Assembly (NCBI GenBank): GCA_002269645.1
Contig: NIVC01000438.1
Location: forward strand, 597,379 to 661,378
DNA: 64,000 bases
Source of the DNA: Macrostomum lignano
Lineage: Eukaryota
Direction: 5' to 3'
Part shown: piece after piece, positions 1 to 12,500 of the stretch
How positions within the stretch are numbered: the stretch's first letter is position 1
Layout of the letters: each line of letters opens with the position of its first letter
The notes under the pieces: generated by a model
The model's input: the letters and a program-made list of their open reading frames with translations, nothing else
What the model was told of the DNA's origin: nothing
Database searches by the model: none
Translations under genes and position numbers: made by a program

Positions 1-189
1 CACGAAAAGTAGACGAAATAAATTAAGAAAAAAATCGCAATCAAAGAAATGGCCAGCACATAGTGTACATATCTAATATGTATACAATTCAAGATTTAAA
101 CAATCGATATATTTATGACAGAAACATAAAGAACAAATTCTGGATACCAAAAAAGTTATTTCAATTTTTTCATCAGCTTGTGAGCAACT

Positions 190-384
190 CTACTGGTGCT
201 TTTGAGGACGACAATTAGCGATTTCGTCGCGCCGACGAACTATTCGATCAATCAGGTTCGTTGTCGAAATGCTGTCGGTTCGTTTCGTTTCCAGGAACAT
301 TCCGGCCCGTTTGGCCCACTCGTAGGTCTCTTCAGGTGGCAGGCATGAGATGTACGGGATGGCGTCGTGAGCCACGAAGTCGAT
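190..384 (-). CDS. PCYT1: Terminal exon of a choline-phosphate cytidylyltransferase (PCYT1/CCT-like)
   Basis: After a tttttcag acceptor (AG at 386-385) it reads IDFVAHDAIPY...WAKRAGMFLETKRTDSISTTNLIDRIVRR, matching the CCT catalytic C-terminus (IDFVAHDDIPY...AGMF..TQRTEGISTSDIITRIVR). TAG stop at 190-192. Upstream exons not recognised. Confidence 0.8.
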   Translation of the reverse strand: MDFVAHDAIPYISCLPPEETYEWAKRAGMFLETKRTDSISTTNLIDRIVRRRDEIANCRPQKHQ

Positions 385-456
385 CTGAAAAATGTACGAG
401 CGCATTTATCTATGATCTAGACCCTTGAAGGCGGCTGCGTGATATTCTCGCTCTGG

Positions 457-791
457 AGAATTAGGGGGATTCTCTTCAGAGGACTAGGGGATTCTTTTCA
501 GGGATTAGAGAAATTCACCTCAGGGGATTAGGGGGATTCTCTTCGCAGGATTAGGAGGCTAATTCTCTTAAAGTGGTTAGAGAAATTATCTTCAGGGTAT
601 TAGGGGAATTCTCTTCAGGAGATGAGGGGAATTCTCTTCGGGGATTAGGGGGATTAGAGGGGATTATTTTCAGATTATTAGGGAAATTCTATTCGGGGAT
701 TAAGGGATTCTCTTCGGGGATAAGAGAATTTTTTGGGGGATTAAGGGGATTCTCCTAGGGAATTAGGGGGATTCTCTTCAGATGATTAGGG
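457..791 (+). repeat. Degenerate ~20-bp G-rich minisatellite (gattagggggattctcttc-like)
   Basis: Repeated TTAGGG(GG)ATTCTCTTC units are visible directly. Confidence 0.85.
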
Positions 792-2164
792 GCTTGTGGG
801 GGTTTGACTTTTGTAGCGGCAGGATCGGACGGGCCGAAATAATGTTTGTACAGAGTTTGGGCAAGGAGGTAGAAAGAAGGGACGCGACACCCCGAACCAT
901 GTACATCTAGTGTAGATTGACCAACTTAAAAGATTTCTCTCCTCTTGCCCCTTATGGTCTGATCTAAAAATAGAACTGGCCTAAGTGCTGCTGCAACAAA
1001 GGGGGTCTGGGAAAAGGTCCAACTGCTAATAAACAATCTAAACAGAGTTGCCCATCCTTCAGGCCTACAGTGTCACCAAAACAACCTGACCTAAGCTGCT
1101 TATCAGAAATCATAGTAGGGAATAGGCAGGAACTTTCAGATCGAAATTTGAAAAGTCTGCCTTGCCTCCCTTCCCCAAGAGATAGCGTCAACCAAACAAA
1201 CTTGTGTTCCCCTCAACTACACCCGTTCTATACTGTACTGGTCTGCAGTCCCCTAGTAAAACGCACTGGAGAGTTTTGCTGATTAAGCGGACTTAACAAT
1301 CGTAAACGTAATTAATGCGACTATTATAGCACAAATTTTTACGATATTAGATATTTAGATAGATAGAACGCCCAGTTGCGAGTTGCGACGCAATAAAACC
1401 CTGCTGCGGTAGTAGACACATTCAATCAGTTTTTACTTCACAAGTATACGTAATCGTAAGTCGTAATGGTAATGCAAGCAAAGGTTCAAGTTGGTTTGAT
1501 CAACCATTAAAATAGCAAGGATGAGTCATACCTATATCTATCCATCTATCTTGAGTCTACCGACTGTAGATTCCGTAGACCGGTATGTATGTATGATGAA
1601 ACACATGTTAATATACCGGATTTAAGCAGCCAAAGAGCATCACAAGACCCCAATCGATAGCCACAACTAAAACATAGAAAAAAAGAAAAATATCCATTTC
1701 TCTTGTCTTTTGTCGAAACAAAAAATAACATTTTATTTAGGTTACACATATCTCGACTGCATCAAAAGATGCAGGGCAAATTTTAAAATAACTTTTAACA
1801 TACACAAATCAAGTTCTATATCGTACTTAGCGGTAGTTTTAGTCAGAAATATTAAGTTAATTCTATGTATTTAGATATTCTCTCGGCAAACTGCTACTCA
1901 CAGACTAGTAGTGTAGTAAGCAATGCGCAGTTAAAATATAACAAACGTCTTAAAGAACTTTATTTTTATTGTGTAATCGGCTGTGTAAATTAAATACAGG
2001 ACTCAGGAGCTACGCTCGTATATATAGCTCGTGAGCATAGACTGAAGTTGAGAGTTGAAAAAGAGAGACAGCATCTGCCTGTGACGTCATCCGACAGTTG
2101 AAAAAATTGCTGACGTGTTTCGGTAATGGGTCAACAACCATTCTACGTACAACTAAGCATTTAT

Positions 2165-2485
2165 TTTTATTAGCAGCAGGGGGCTGTGTGCACCCTGGCG
2201 CACTTTAACCGACATTGTCACACAACCGGCGAGAGGCATTACTGCCCATTCCGCCGACTCCCCGGAGTTATACGCACAGGCACACACTCACCCAGGAGTG
2301 TACAGCGGCCCTAACTGTATTTATCGTTAGGCATGTACACTTCATTGTGCCTTGGGGGTTGGCAGAGCCAAGCCGAGATTCCAATTCAGCCCCAAATTAA
2401 TGTGACTGCACTTGGAATCGAGCCTGGGCCGCTGGCACATGAGAGCGCCGCGCTAGAAAACTTGGCTTATTGGTAAGCCATGATC
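2165..2485 (-). mobile_element. Probable tRNA-derived SINE
   Basis: The minus strand has a B-box-like GGCTCGATTCC (rc of ggaatcgagcc near 2415-2425) in a tRNA-like head. The body is shared with 62030-62200 (gcccattcc.ccgact, acaggcac.cactca, gagtgtacagc, catgtacact, cttgggg). Confidence 0.6.
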
Positions 2486-3164
2486 AGTTCAAAACAAATG
2501 CCAATATTGACGGCAAAATTAAGTAATTATAATGATGATAAATGTAAACAAACGCAATGAAAAACGGGAAAAATTTGGGAAGTTGTTGCAATAAATCCAT
2601 CTTGATAGATAGTGGAAGTACGCAAAATAACAATATGTAACTTTCACACCTGCATGACGAATTGACAATCCAAATTAGATACTTAGGACATAATTCTATT
2701 TGACAAATATTTGTACAAACACAAATTGAAGACACAAGGTGCGCATAAAAACAAAGGCACAAAAAAATCTTAAATAATCATTTAGCCATGGATTTGTAGT
2801 ATCTGTAGTATCTGTAGTAAGTATTAAGTATTAAATTAGTGCAACTATTCGAACAGAGACATACCAAACTTTACATGAAAATATCAGAAAAAATAATGAG
2901 GACCATATACTTTGCCAGAAGTACACAATGCTACATCTAACATTTGTACACTTAGGGAATGACGTACATGTTAGTGGCAAGTGATGAATTATTTAGTGAT
3001 TGACAGCAACAAAAATTAGTGATTTCCAGAATGAATAAGAGAGTGCCATTGTGACTTTGGAAGAGAAATTGTGAAACTAAGACAGACAAGAGGATTAAGG
3101 ATTTAAAAGATTAATGAATGAACTGGAGGGTGAGAAGTTACGGAGTGAATAAAGGGAGTGACAG

Positions 3165-3345
3165 TGGCAGTGGATTACGGGAGAGACATGATAGATTGGT
3201 AGTGAATAAGGGAGTGAAATAGTAGATTAGGGAGTGACATTGTAGATTAGGAAGTGACAAAGTGGATTAGGGAGTGACATAGTGGTAGTGAATTAAGGGA
3301 GTGACATGGTAGATTAGGGAGTGACATGGTAGATTGGGGAGTGAC
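3165..3345 (+). repeat. Degenerate ~20-23-bp minisatellite (gtagattagggagtgacat)
   Basis: Several GATTAGGGAGTGACA units. Confidence 0.75.
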
Positions 3346-3561
3346 AAAATGAAATTGAGAAATCAACAAAGAAAAAACAAGCCTCGTGACATGACAAAAA
3401 AGGATTAACACAGAGCAGTTAAGACAGCATTCTACAATGTACATATTTTTGGACGCAAAAAAAACCTATCAGGAAAGTAAAAATATCTCGTGTCAGTCAA
3501 TGAATAAACCAAACTATAAATCAATCAATAAATCAATCTTCAGTTAGACGGCAAGACGCAG

Positions 3562-6500
3562 TCACATTTGACCCATCCGGCTTAGGCTGAACATTGCAGC
3601 GCCCGGTAGTCCGGCCAACGAGTCGACGCCGCCGATATTGACAGCGGTCGACGTCGACGTTGCAACCGGAGCCGCTGACGAAGATTTGACGGCGATGTCG
3701 AACACCTCCAGTAGTAACGGGTCAACCTCGGCGGGATTCACGTGCAAAAGCAATCGGCCGTGACGCTCCGCCAAGTCTTGAAGATCTTCCAGTAGAAGCA
3801 GAATTTTAGGCAATTTTCGCCTAGCCTCGGTGAAGCTTGTGCGACCTTCCAAGTAGTGCTTTAATAGGCAGATGTACCTGAATTGTATTGTGTTGGATAA
3901 TGATGATCTAATTAGCCTACTGGTAAGTAGAGTAGGTAAAATAAATAGTGTAAAATTATAATTGAAGCAAACGAAAGAACATATATGAAGGTCGAATAGA
4001 GGATCTTTTAAGAGCACATAAAAGAGAAGAGGCCCATGTAAAATGGTTTACGTAAAATGAACCTTAAGAAACGCTAGGACAAATTAAGAAATACTTCGGG
4101 GTAACGATTTTCGAACACCACACGTGGGACAAAAAAAGTCACGTAAGAATCAAATAATCCAGATATTAAAAATGTACATTAAGAAGTCATAAGACCATAA
4201 TTGGTCATTTTGAGATCAAAAAGATCATAAACTGGTCATTTAGAGATCAAAAGATCATAAATTGGTCATTTAGAGGTCAGACGACGAGAAATGAGCATTT
4301 AGATATTAAGAAACACCAGAAAAGATAGATAAACGTCAAATAAATAAAGAGATATCGATTACAAACAGATAAATGACCATTTAAATCATAAAGAAGGTCA
4401 AAAAATGAGAAACGCACCTATCCTGCACATTGGACACAAGAGTTCGATCGCCAACGCTAGGCCTATCGGGAGTGAACAACAGCAGCACCTGCACTATAGG
4501 TACCAGGTAGGGATCTTGGAATAGCAATTTGAATTGCCGGCAAAATCGAAGATGATCGTCGTATAATTCGGCAAATCCGGGTATTTCTTTCAAAATAGCC
4601 GTCGGCACTTCGCCTTTGGGCGTCAGCCAGACGTCCCGGTCGCGATGGTAGTGAACAGCCGAGCGCAGGAACAGGGTGCAGATAACAACACCCTTGAGCA
4701 GCGCAATCTGACAGGGCTGACTGAGGCTAACAAAATCTGGTAGCTTTTTAGCGAATAGAATCAGCTTCTTCACGATAAAGCCGGACGAGTTCACCAGGTT
4801 GTTGACGTCGCGACAGCCAGCTGGGGTCGTGTCGTCGGAAGCGTCCGAGAAGCTCTGCTCATAGGCCTGAGGATGGGTGAGCGAGTGACTTGAGTGTCGA
4901 TCTGTCTACCCATGTTTAAATCGAGTGGTGGCGCACTTCAACAACAATTTTCAGTCGTGTGATTCATGACTAATTTGATGACAATGTGAATCAGCCTTCA
5001 GGTCGATAGCAAGAAATTCAAGAAGCTTCTAAAACTTAGTTACGAGCCAGATTTTTAGTAACAACGGCAGTTTGTACCAGCAACTTGATGGTTGTGCTAT
5101 GGGGAGCGCACTGGTGTCATTATGGTCAGCCTATACCAAGCTCACTGTGATATAGAATGGATGAAGAGTCTAGATCGTACCAAGTGTGTACTACAGCTAT
5201 GCTGATACAACAATGCTGCCAACTACAATACTGTCTGGCTTGAAGTCAGGAATGCTGCTTAGCAGGTAGCCCTGCCTCTGAACAATAGGACTGTCGTTGC
5301 GGACAGGACAGCCGATGCCAGCAGTGCCACCAAAGAAGGTGCGAACATACCAAACACTGTCCTGCATCACCTGCCCAATGAAAAATTGCTGTTCCTATCG
5401 GTACTTCAGTATCGGGTTCGGCCGCATATGGACAATCAACCGGCACAGCACTGACTGCAGTACCGGTTTCGGCCCTTTAGGACAATCAACCAGCTGGCAA
5501 CTGACAAGTTATAATATATATCCAGGTTCTTGTCTCATAGGTTATTGTCCAGATCTCTGATGATTTTGTGTTATGAATGCAGCAACAAGGTGAAAATATT
5601 CTGAAAACTTGTTTTTTTAACCGATTGTGTTTAATCGTTTATTTACTTTTCACTTGCTGTAATGCGATTTTGCAAGTCCACGCAAATCAGTTTGGCAGTT
5701 AAGGTTTGTTATGATTATTTTTTGTGCACATTTTTTAGTGTAGTAATAAAGCTTAGTTTTTATTCGAAGAATGCTGCGTCGTGCATACAACATCTGCGGC
5801 ACTGGTCTAACCTACACCATGAAATGCTTCGAATCAGAGATTCTGACCAGAAACCAATACCCGAACAACCTGGTCAATTTAGATATAAATACCTTAGTTA
5901 ATAAAAAGACGCCATTAAAGAAAATATTGTTATTAATTTTAACTCGACCGAAAGAAACCAGTCATCAATATACCTTTCATAGGAATGCCAAGCATCAAGT
6001 TTCAGTGTTGGACACCGGTCTGATACTCCGATACTATCCCCGATACCTTTTTAGTATCGGAGTAACGGACCACGGTATCATCGCACTATACTTTTTCCAA
6101 GTCCGATAGTACGATGCTTATATTTTTCTATGAGCTCTTTGGTGAATAAATAAATACACATTTTACAATAAATTATTATGAAAGGTTAATAAGGCACAGA
6201 CACAGATTAGACGCAGATAGGCACAGACTCTATAAAACGCGCAAGGGCAGAGCCTCAAGGTGTCAGACCTCATTAACAAAGAACTTTGCCGAAAAGTCGT
6301 CGTTCCGAACGCGACGCGGTGGAATTCAACCTAAGCGACATCTTCGTGTCTATAATGCGGCCTGCCACCAATCGTGTGATGGACGGAATGACAAATCAGT
6401 TACAGCCGAGGACGCACTACTTTCTATTAAAAAGGAGTATACGACTGTGGTGGCCCCGGTTGCCAAAGCGCTGGACATTCTTCAAGGCGAGCAGCAGGCT

Positions 6501-9500
6501 TCTCTTAATAAGTTCTCTTAACATCGGTAAGACGGATAGACACACTGCAAGAAGGCAAGCAATCAAAGACCATCTTCCAATTGTCCAACGCATGCACTGA
6601 TGTTATGATGTTAAACATGTTCAAATGTTCAGCGTTAAACTCGACTATTCCATGGTTACTTAAAATCTGACTTGACTTAACTAAATAAACGATGTTACCA
6701 CTACTTTTACACCCTAATCGCTCATGGTAGTGATTACATAATGTATGACCCGCGCAGTGTAGAGTGTGAGTAGAAAACTTGCAAATAAGGTCCGAGAGAA
6801 GTTATAACCTTTGCTTTACTGGAGCAAAGGTTGGCGACTTTTTGGTGTTGCTGAGTATATTTATAACCTCTTCAATATGTAGTGCGCCGCTAGTTTAATG
6901 TTTTAGGCGTCGCATCGCAAAAAAGTCCGCAGTTTCCCTCGCCCTGGGCTTTTGTCTGCCGCTGGGCAGTTGCCTGTGTCCGCCCTTTTCCATTGTTGCC
7001 CTTCTGCTGTCCTCATTTGCTCCTTTGTCTCTTGTGCTCTCTTTTGCAGTGCCCAGACAGCCTGGTCTGACCTGCTCTAGTTTCCGTCTTTGTGCGACGC
7101 TTTTGATTTTTGGGAAGCCGCTCTGTTTTCCGGTCCAGTTTACTAGTGCTCCAACAGCAAGACCACGTGACTGATGCAGTCTCAGCTTGCCTCACTTTTC
7201 TGATTGAGCAGCTGAAATTGCTGGATTTGGACAAGCATGCTCGGCGATATTCACCAGAACTGCTGGCATTCTCCTATATTATGTTCTCCGTGAGTTCAGC
7301 TGCTTGTCAGTGTGTTCTGGGACAAATTCCTTAGTTCTACCTTCAATCAAAACGCTGAGGCGTGTGACGCGTAGGATGACCTCGACTACAGGACTGGGCA
7401 ACTGCGAATAGCTAAAGTTGCGCTACGATACACTCCAGGCCTATGAGACCAACGTAATCCTGCTGATGGATGAGATTTATCTCAACAAGCGGGTCGAGAA
7501 CAGCGGTTGAGAATTGCATGGTCTCACAGAAGAGGGAAATGTTGCCCAGACTGCTCTGTGCTTCATCGGCAATGACAAAGTACCGCGATTTGGTCGGAAT
7601 TTTCCAAATGAACAACCTGAAGGCTGAGACACTGCATCAGTGCTACCTGAGAGCCACGCCGATGTTGCTTAACATTGGATTCAACGTCGTGGCCATATGG
7701 GTTGACAATGCAGCGGCGAACAGGCGTTTTTATACGCACTTCTTGTGCTCCAGTAGACTCGACTTTAGCGTGACGAATGAATTCAACAGACAAAAGTTGT
7801 TTTTGATCTTCGATCCCACGCACAATCTGAATAATCTCTACAACAATTTTCTGTTCAAGAGGGAGTTCGTGTGCCCGAAGTTTCCGCCGATCATCGCCAA
7901 AGAGGATCATCATTTGGAAGAGGACAAGCCAGTGAAAATGGCACACAAGCTTACCAACGTCGTTCTGCACCCAACAAGCCTAGAGAAAGTCTATGTCCAG
8001 CTTGCCGTAGCTCTCTTCGACGAGTCCACCATTAACGCACTCAAGCACTACGGCTTTCGACAGACAACGTTCGTTCTGGATGTTTGTCACAAGTTGTGGA
8101 ATGTGCTGAATGTCCGAACAACCACAATCGGAAAGCACAAGATAGATCTCACCCGCGATCCTGTCCGATCTTCCTTGGATTGCAAACTGACATACCTAAA
8201 GGAGTTCGCGGACTTTTTGGATGCGTGGGAGAACTCAAAGGTTATTGCCTCTTTTATTATTTGAAATAGATTTTTCACCTTACTTTTATTTATTATTAAA
8301 ACCTGAACTTTTTGTGACAGATGCAATATAGGACAGCGTACACATTCGGGACTGTCCGTCAAACCCGCCGAGCCATGGCCGCACTGGTTCAGTACCTGCT
8401 GGATCGCTGTGGATTTAGCTACGTCCTGATGGGGAAGATCCAGTCCGACAACATCGAAGCAAGATTCGGCTGAATTCGTCAGCTCAGTTGCGGAAATGTC
8501 TTCATTTCCATGCGCCAGCTGATGGAAAGCGACAGGAAAATCAAAGCCATCTTCCTGCTTAAGTACTCTGGACTCACAGTGAAGGATATCGACTGTGCAC
8601 TACAGCAGACAAGTAGACTGGAAGACTGGACCAAGGTCAGTTAAAGGTGGCGGAGGAGATTCACAGCGAGCTGCTCTACAACTTCACTCCTAAAAAGCCA
8701 CTTGGTCATTATCTACTACGAGTATGTCTGTGGTTTCTGTGTTCGCTCCCTGGTGAGGACGAAGAAATGCGAGTCGTGCAGAGACTGCACTGTAAATTCT
8801 ATTGGTCCAGACAAGGTCCGTATGCGACATTTTGGACGTTTGTGGTGTAAGGTCCGAATATTTTTCACAGAAAAGGTTCACATATTTAATTTTTAGGACT
8901 CATTTGGACTCCACAACAGCTAAGGAACATTTGACATGTTGCTAATAGGTAAAAAGTAACATTATTTTTTACTTTTCATTTTGGCGTGGTAATCCTCCGT
9001 AATATGCTGCAGATAATTTAACGCTTTTAAATTTATCTTTTTAATAAAAGTTTGGCTTGGATATATAAATATGTTTACACTTTTAAGACATCAGAGAGAA
9101 AATATCTTTTTTGAATAAAGAGCGCAGAAATGTTTTTGTGAAATTTTGTTGTACGGCACTCAATTTGGGTTTTTAATATGTTGCATACATATTGCTAAGA
9201 TCATTCAATGAATTCGGTGTCTTTTTACTGCACAAGCACAACACATGTATTCATCATGCATGTCAAATAATCATTAGCTTACTGAATCATTACTAGACTC
9301 CTAGACAACTTTATTAAGCAAAATTTGTCAATATACTATTAGTATTACTATATTCATTAGCATTACAATTTTGTAAAACTACAAAGTCATTGCAATTTGT
9401 ATCCCCCATGTATCTTCCATGTGTTAGGCATACCGCCTATACCATTGTGTCAATCACTAACTATTGACATTTTTTTGCTTGTTTTGACCTGCTTTTAGAC

Positions 9501-12500
9501 TTGAGTTATTTATAGGCCTAATGCTAATAGATCTAGAACTTCTAGCCTAGTTTCCAACATAGTTGCCTGCTTGGTGAATGCTAGCCAGTGATGAAAATGT
9601 AGTTTCAAAAGTATTTAAATGCACTTCATATCAATTTACAAATAAAGACTAATTTAAGCTCATTAACCATACTAAGCTTTATTACTCTTTTGGGAATAAA
9701 AGTTTTTCATGTCCAGTAGAAGATTGCTTTCATACTAGTATTACTATAGAAGGATTAAGAGCTCATGCATACCGTAATCACAAAAGCACTTTTAATGCAA
9801 ATGAAATCCAACTTGCAGAATAAAGTAGTGATAGAAATGCTAGTAATATTGAATCAGTTTTCGAAAATAGTACTATCAATAGAAGATTGATATTAAAAAA
9901 ATGAAGACTGTCGACCAAATAATTTTGAAGATCTTTTAGAAGTATACCAAGAAGATATTTGTAGCAAACAAGAAGATATTTCTATATCATTAGAGTTGCG
10001 TAGAGAAAAAATAAAAGAAAATCTTGCTAAGAATTATGTTCATTTTTATCTAAAGTCTAGGAATTTCTTTCTTGTTCCAAAAGACAAATCAAGCCAGTTT
10101 TGTAAATTAGTTAAATAAATTGTATTAAAATTTGCTGAAGACTATCTTTTTCTCTTTCAGCAATTCTTAGTAGAAGAATATCCCTCATTAGCTAATAGCT
10201 TCAATTCTCATAAAAATGAATTAGATGTACAAGAAATGATTGACCTTGTCTTGGAATGCTTATTAAAAAATAAAAATATTTTTGAAATCTTGAAAAATAA
10301 TTTCAATTGTATAGAACCTATTCAATTGGTTGATACTAATTCAAATGTTTAAGTACACTATATTCCGATTAGAGAAACACTTAGTTCTATTACAAAAAAA
10401 TGGAAAATTGCTTAGATATTTAGTTGCATGTCCTAGTACACATCAAAATGAAATTTTTTTCAAATCAAAGTATTTTCATGATCATATTAGTTCTTTGGTA
10501 ATAAATATGAATAGCATATTTCTAAAGCTTTATTCAGATGAAATTGAGGTATGTAATCCTATTGGGTCTGCAAAGACAAAACATCAGTTGTGTAGTTTAT
10601 TTCACAATTCTTAACTTTCCAGATCACCTTAACTCTTCATTAGATTTACAGCTTCTTGTCACAACATTCTATGATTCAAGTGTCAAAAGATTAGGTTTAA
10701 ATTTTTGCTTGTCTCTATTGATTTCAGAGCTAAATGAGCTCTATTTTTAAGAATTTCAAATTAGTAGTTCAACAAAAGTGCCAGTTGTTGCAGCTTTTAT
10801 GACTGGGGACAATTTGTCAATGCATCGAATGTTAGGCCTTCAAACATGGTTTTCAAGTGGCTTTGTTAGCAGTTTTTGTTTGAAAGAATATAAATACCTT
10901 TGTAGCATTGACTTAGAAGCATTAAGTACATTATTTAAATTTGAGTATAGACACCATTTGTCTTATATAAATGATTTTCAATCCTTAACTAATGGTGTTA
11001 TTATTCCTTCAGTTTTTGAAAAGCTATCATATGTTGACTTTCAATATTTCTTTCCTCCTGATATAATGCATGATGTCTTTGAAGGCTTTTCTCATTTAGT
11101 TATTTGCACCATTCTTTTAAGTGCAATACAAAAGTATAATATTAGTATTGACTTTATAAATATGCAATTTAGGCTCGTAAGTTAATTAAAGAAGAATGTA
11201 TTCCTAAAATTTAAGCTTTGCCAAGATTACTTGAATGTCCCTGTCAATTCGGACGATGAGAAGTTGCCCGTCGCTGTGTCTCTTTTGCTTGGCCGCTTGC
11301 GAGTCGATCCAACAATCATCTTCCGTGATGTCTTGCCAGTTAGGGTGCTGATGGAGGACGGAAAATGTGCGGAATTTTCGTTAACGGTGCAAGCCTCCAA
11401 TTCAACAACTCAACCGATGCTGTTATCGCGTTGATCATCAGCTTTATTGCGTTCAATCTTCAGCACCTCCCTGTCATCGAGGCATTCCTCGAGGTGGTTG
11501 AGGTCCTGTCAGGGCTTCGCAAGAAGGCTTCTCGCAGGGCCGCAGTTACTGTTCTCGACGCTCTACATTAAGTTGCTCGCTGTTCTTTACGAATTTTATT
11601 TTCGAATTTCATTTTTCATGGCAAGTTGTGAGTTGCAGTATGTTGTGCCCTCTGGGTTTATTTCCATATTCAGGGTGTCCGCGACCTGGTTTTATACGAA
11701 GTGGATTGTGTCCAACATGCCAAGTGCATCTACACAGCAAAGTAGGCCAAAAAGAAAAATTTTAGTTTCTCTAATTCGTTTTTGCCAACCACTTATAAGA
11801 TGACGCGGCATTGACCCTTAAAAATGCAGTCACACTTACTCTCGCCTTTTACCATTACTATCTGCACTGGTCTATTGATGTCCTAGAAGAAAGCTGGAAA
11901 TGCCTGCAATATCCTGGAAAAACTAAAAGCATGGAATCTTACATGTGAAAATGCGCGGACACTTACATATTACAATTAAAACTTTGATTTCCATATTTTC
12001 AAGTATTACTATTTTCCTTAATATTTTTTTCACTTTTTCAAAATCGCTTTGTTTTATCGCCTCGGCCAATAAGCGACTCAGTCAAGCATATTTGTCTAGT
12101 ATTTGGCATGTTTGGCATATTTTGCATGTCTTGTAACCTTTTTTATTATCATTTAACAATTTTATATTGCTATTTTCAGTTAAAAAACAATTACTATAAT
12201 TTCCATGCTATTCTTTTAACAATATATGGCACACTAATCGATTGCCCTCGTGTATCTAATTTGCTTGCGACCTTTTTATGTAAGCTACGGCTCGTATGTT
12301 ATGCACTGTAAATTGTATTCATGGGATGTATATTCTTGAATTTATAATCGAAAGTAAAAAATATACTGCTTTGGTCTGATCATATATTGGGCTATATACT
12401 AAAAAAATTCAATGCGAGGCGTAAAAATAACCGACTATGATATTCGATGCCGTGTTTGAAATACTTAATTGCTTACTTTCGTATTTCGGTCATGAGCGGG

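Noticed and set aside
457-791. Telomeric array
   Set aside because: TTAGGG occurs only as part of a ~20-bp unit, not as tandem hexamers.
2410-2485. tRNA gene (also the tRNA-His match at 40470-40487)
   Set aside because: No full cloverleaf. The first is a SINE-like head and the second is a retrotransposon PBS.
6700-7080. Left TIR and THAP domain of the P-like element
   Set aside because: I could not find matching termini or a convincing C2CH THAP motif, so the boundaries are left undefined.
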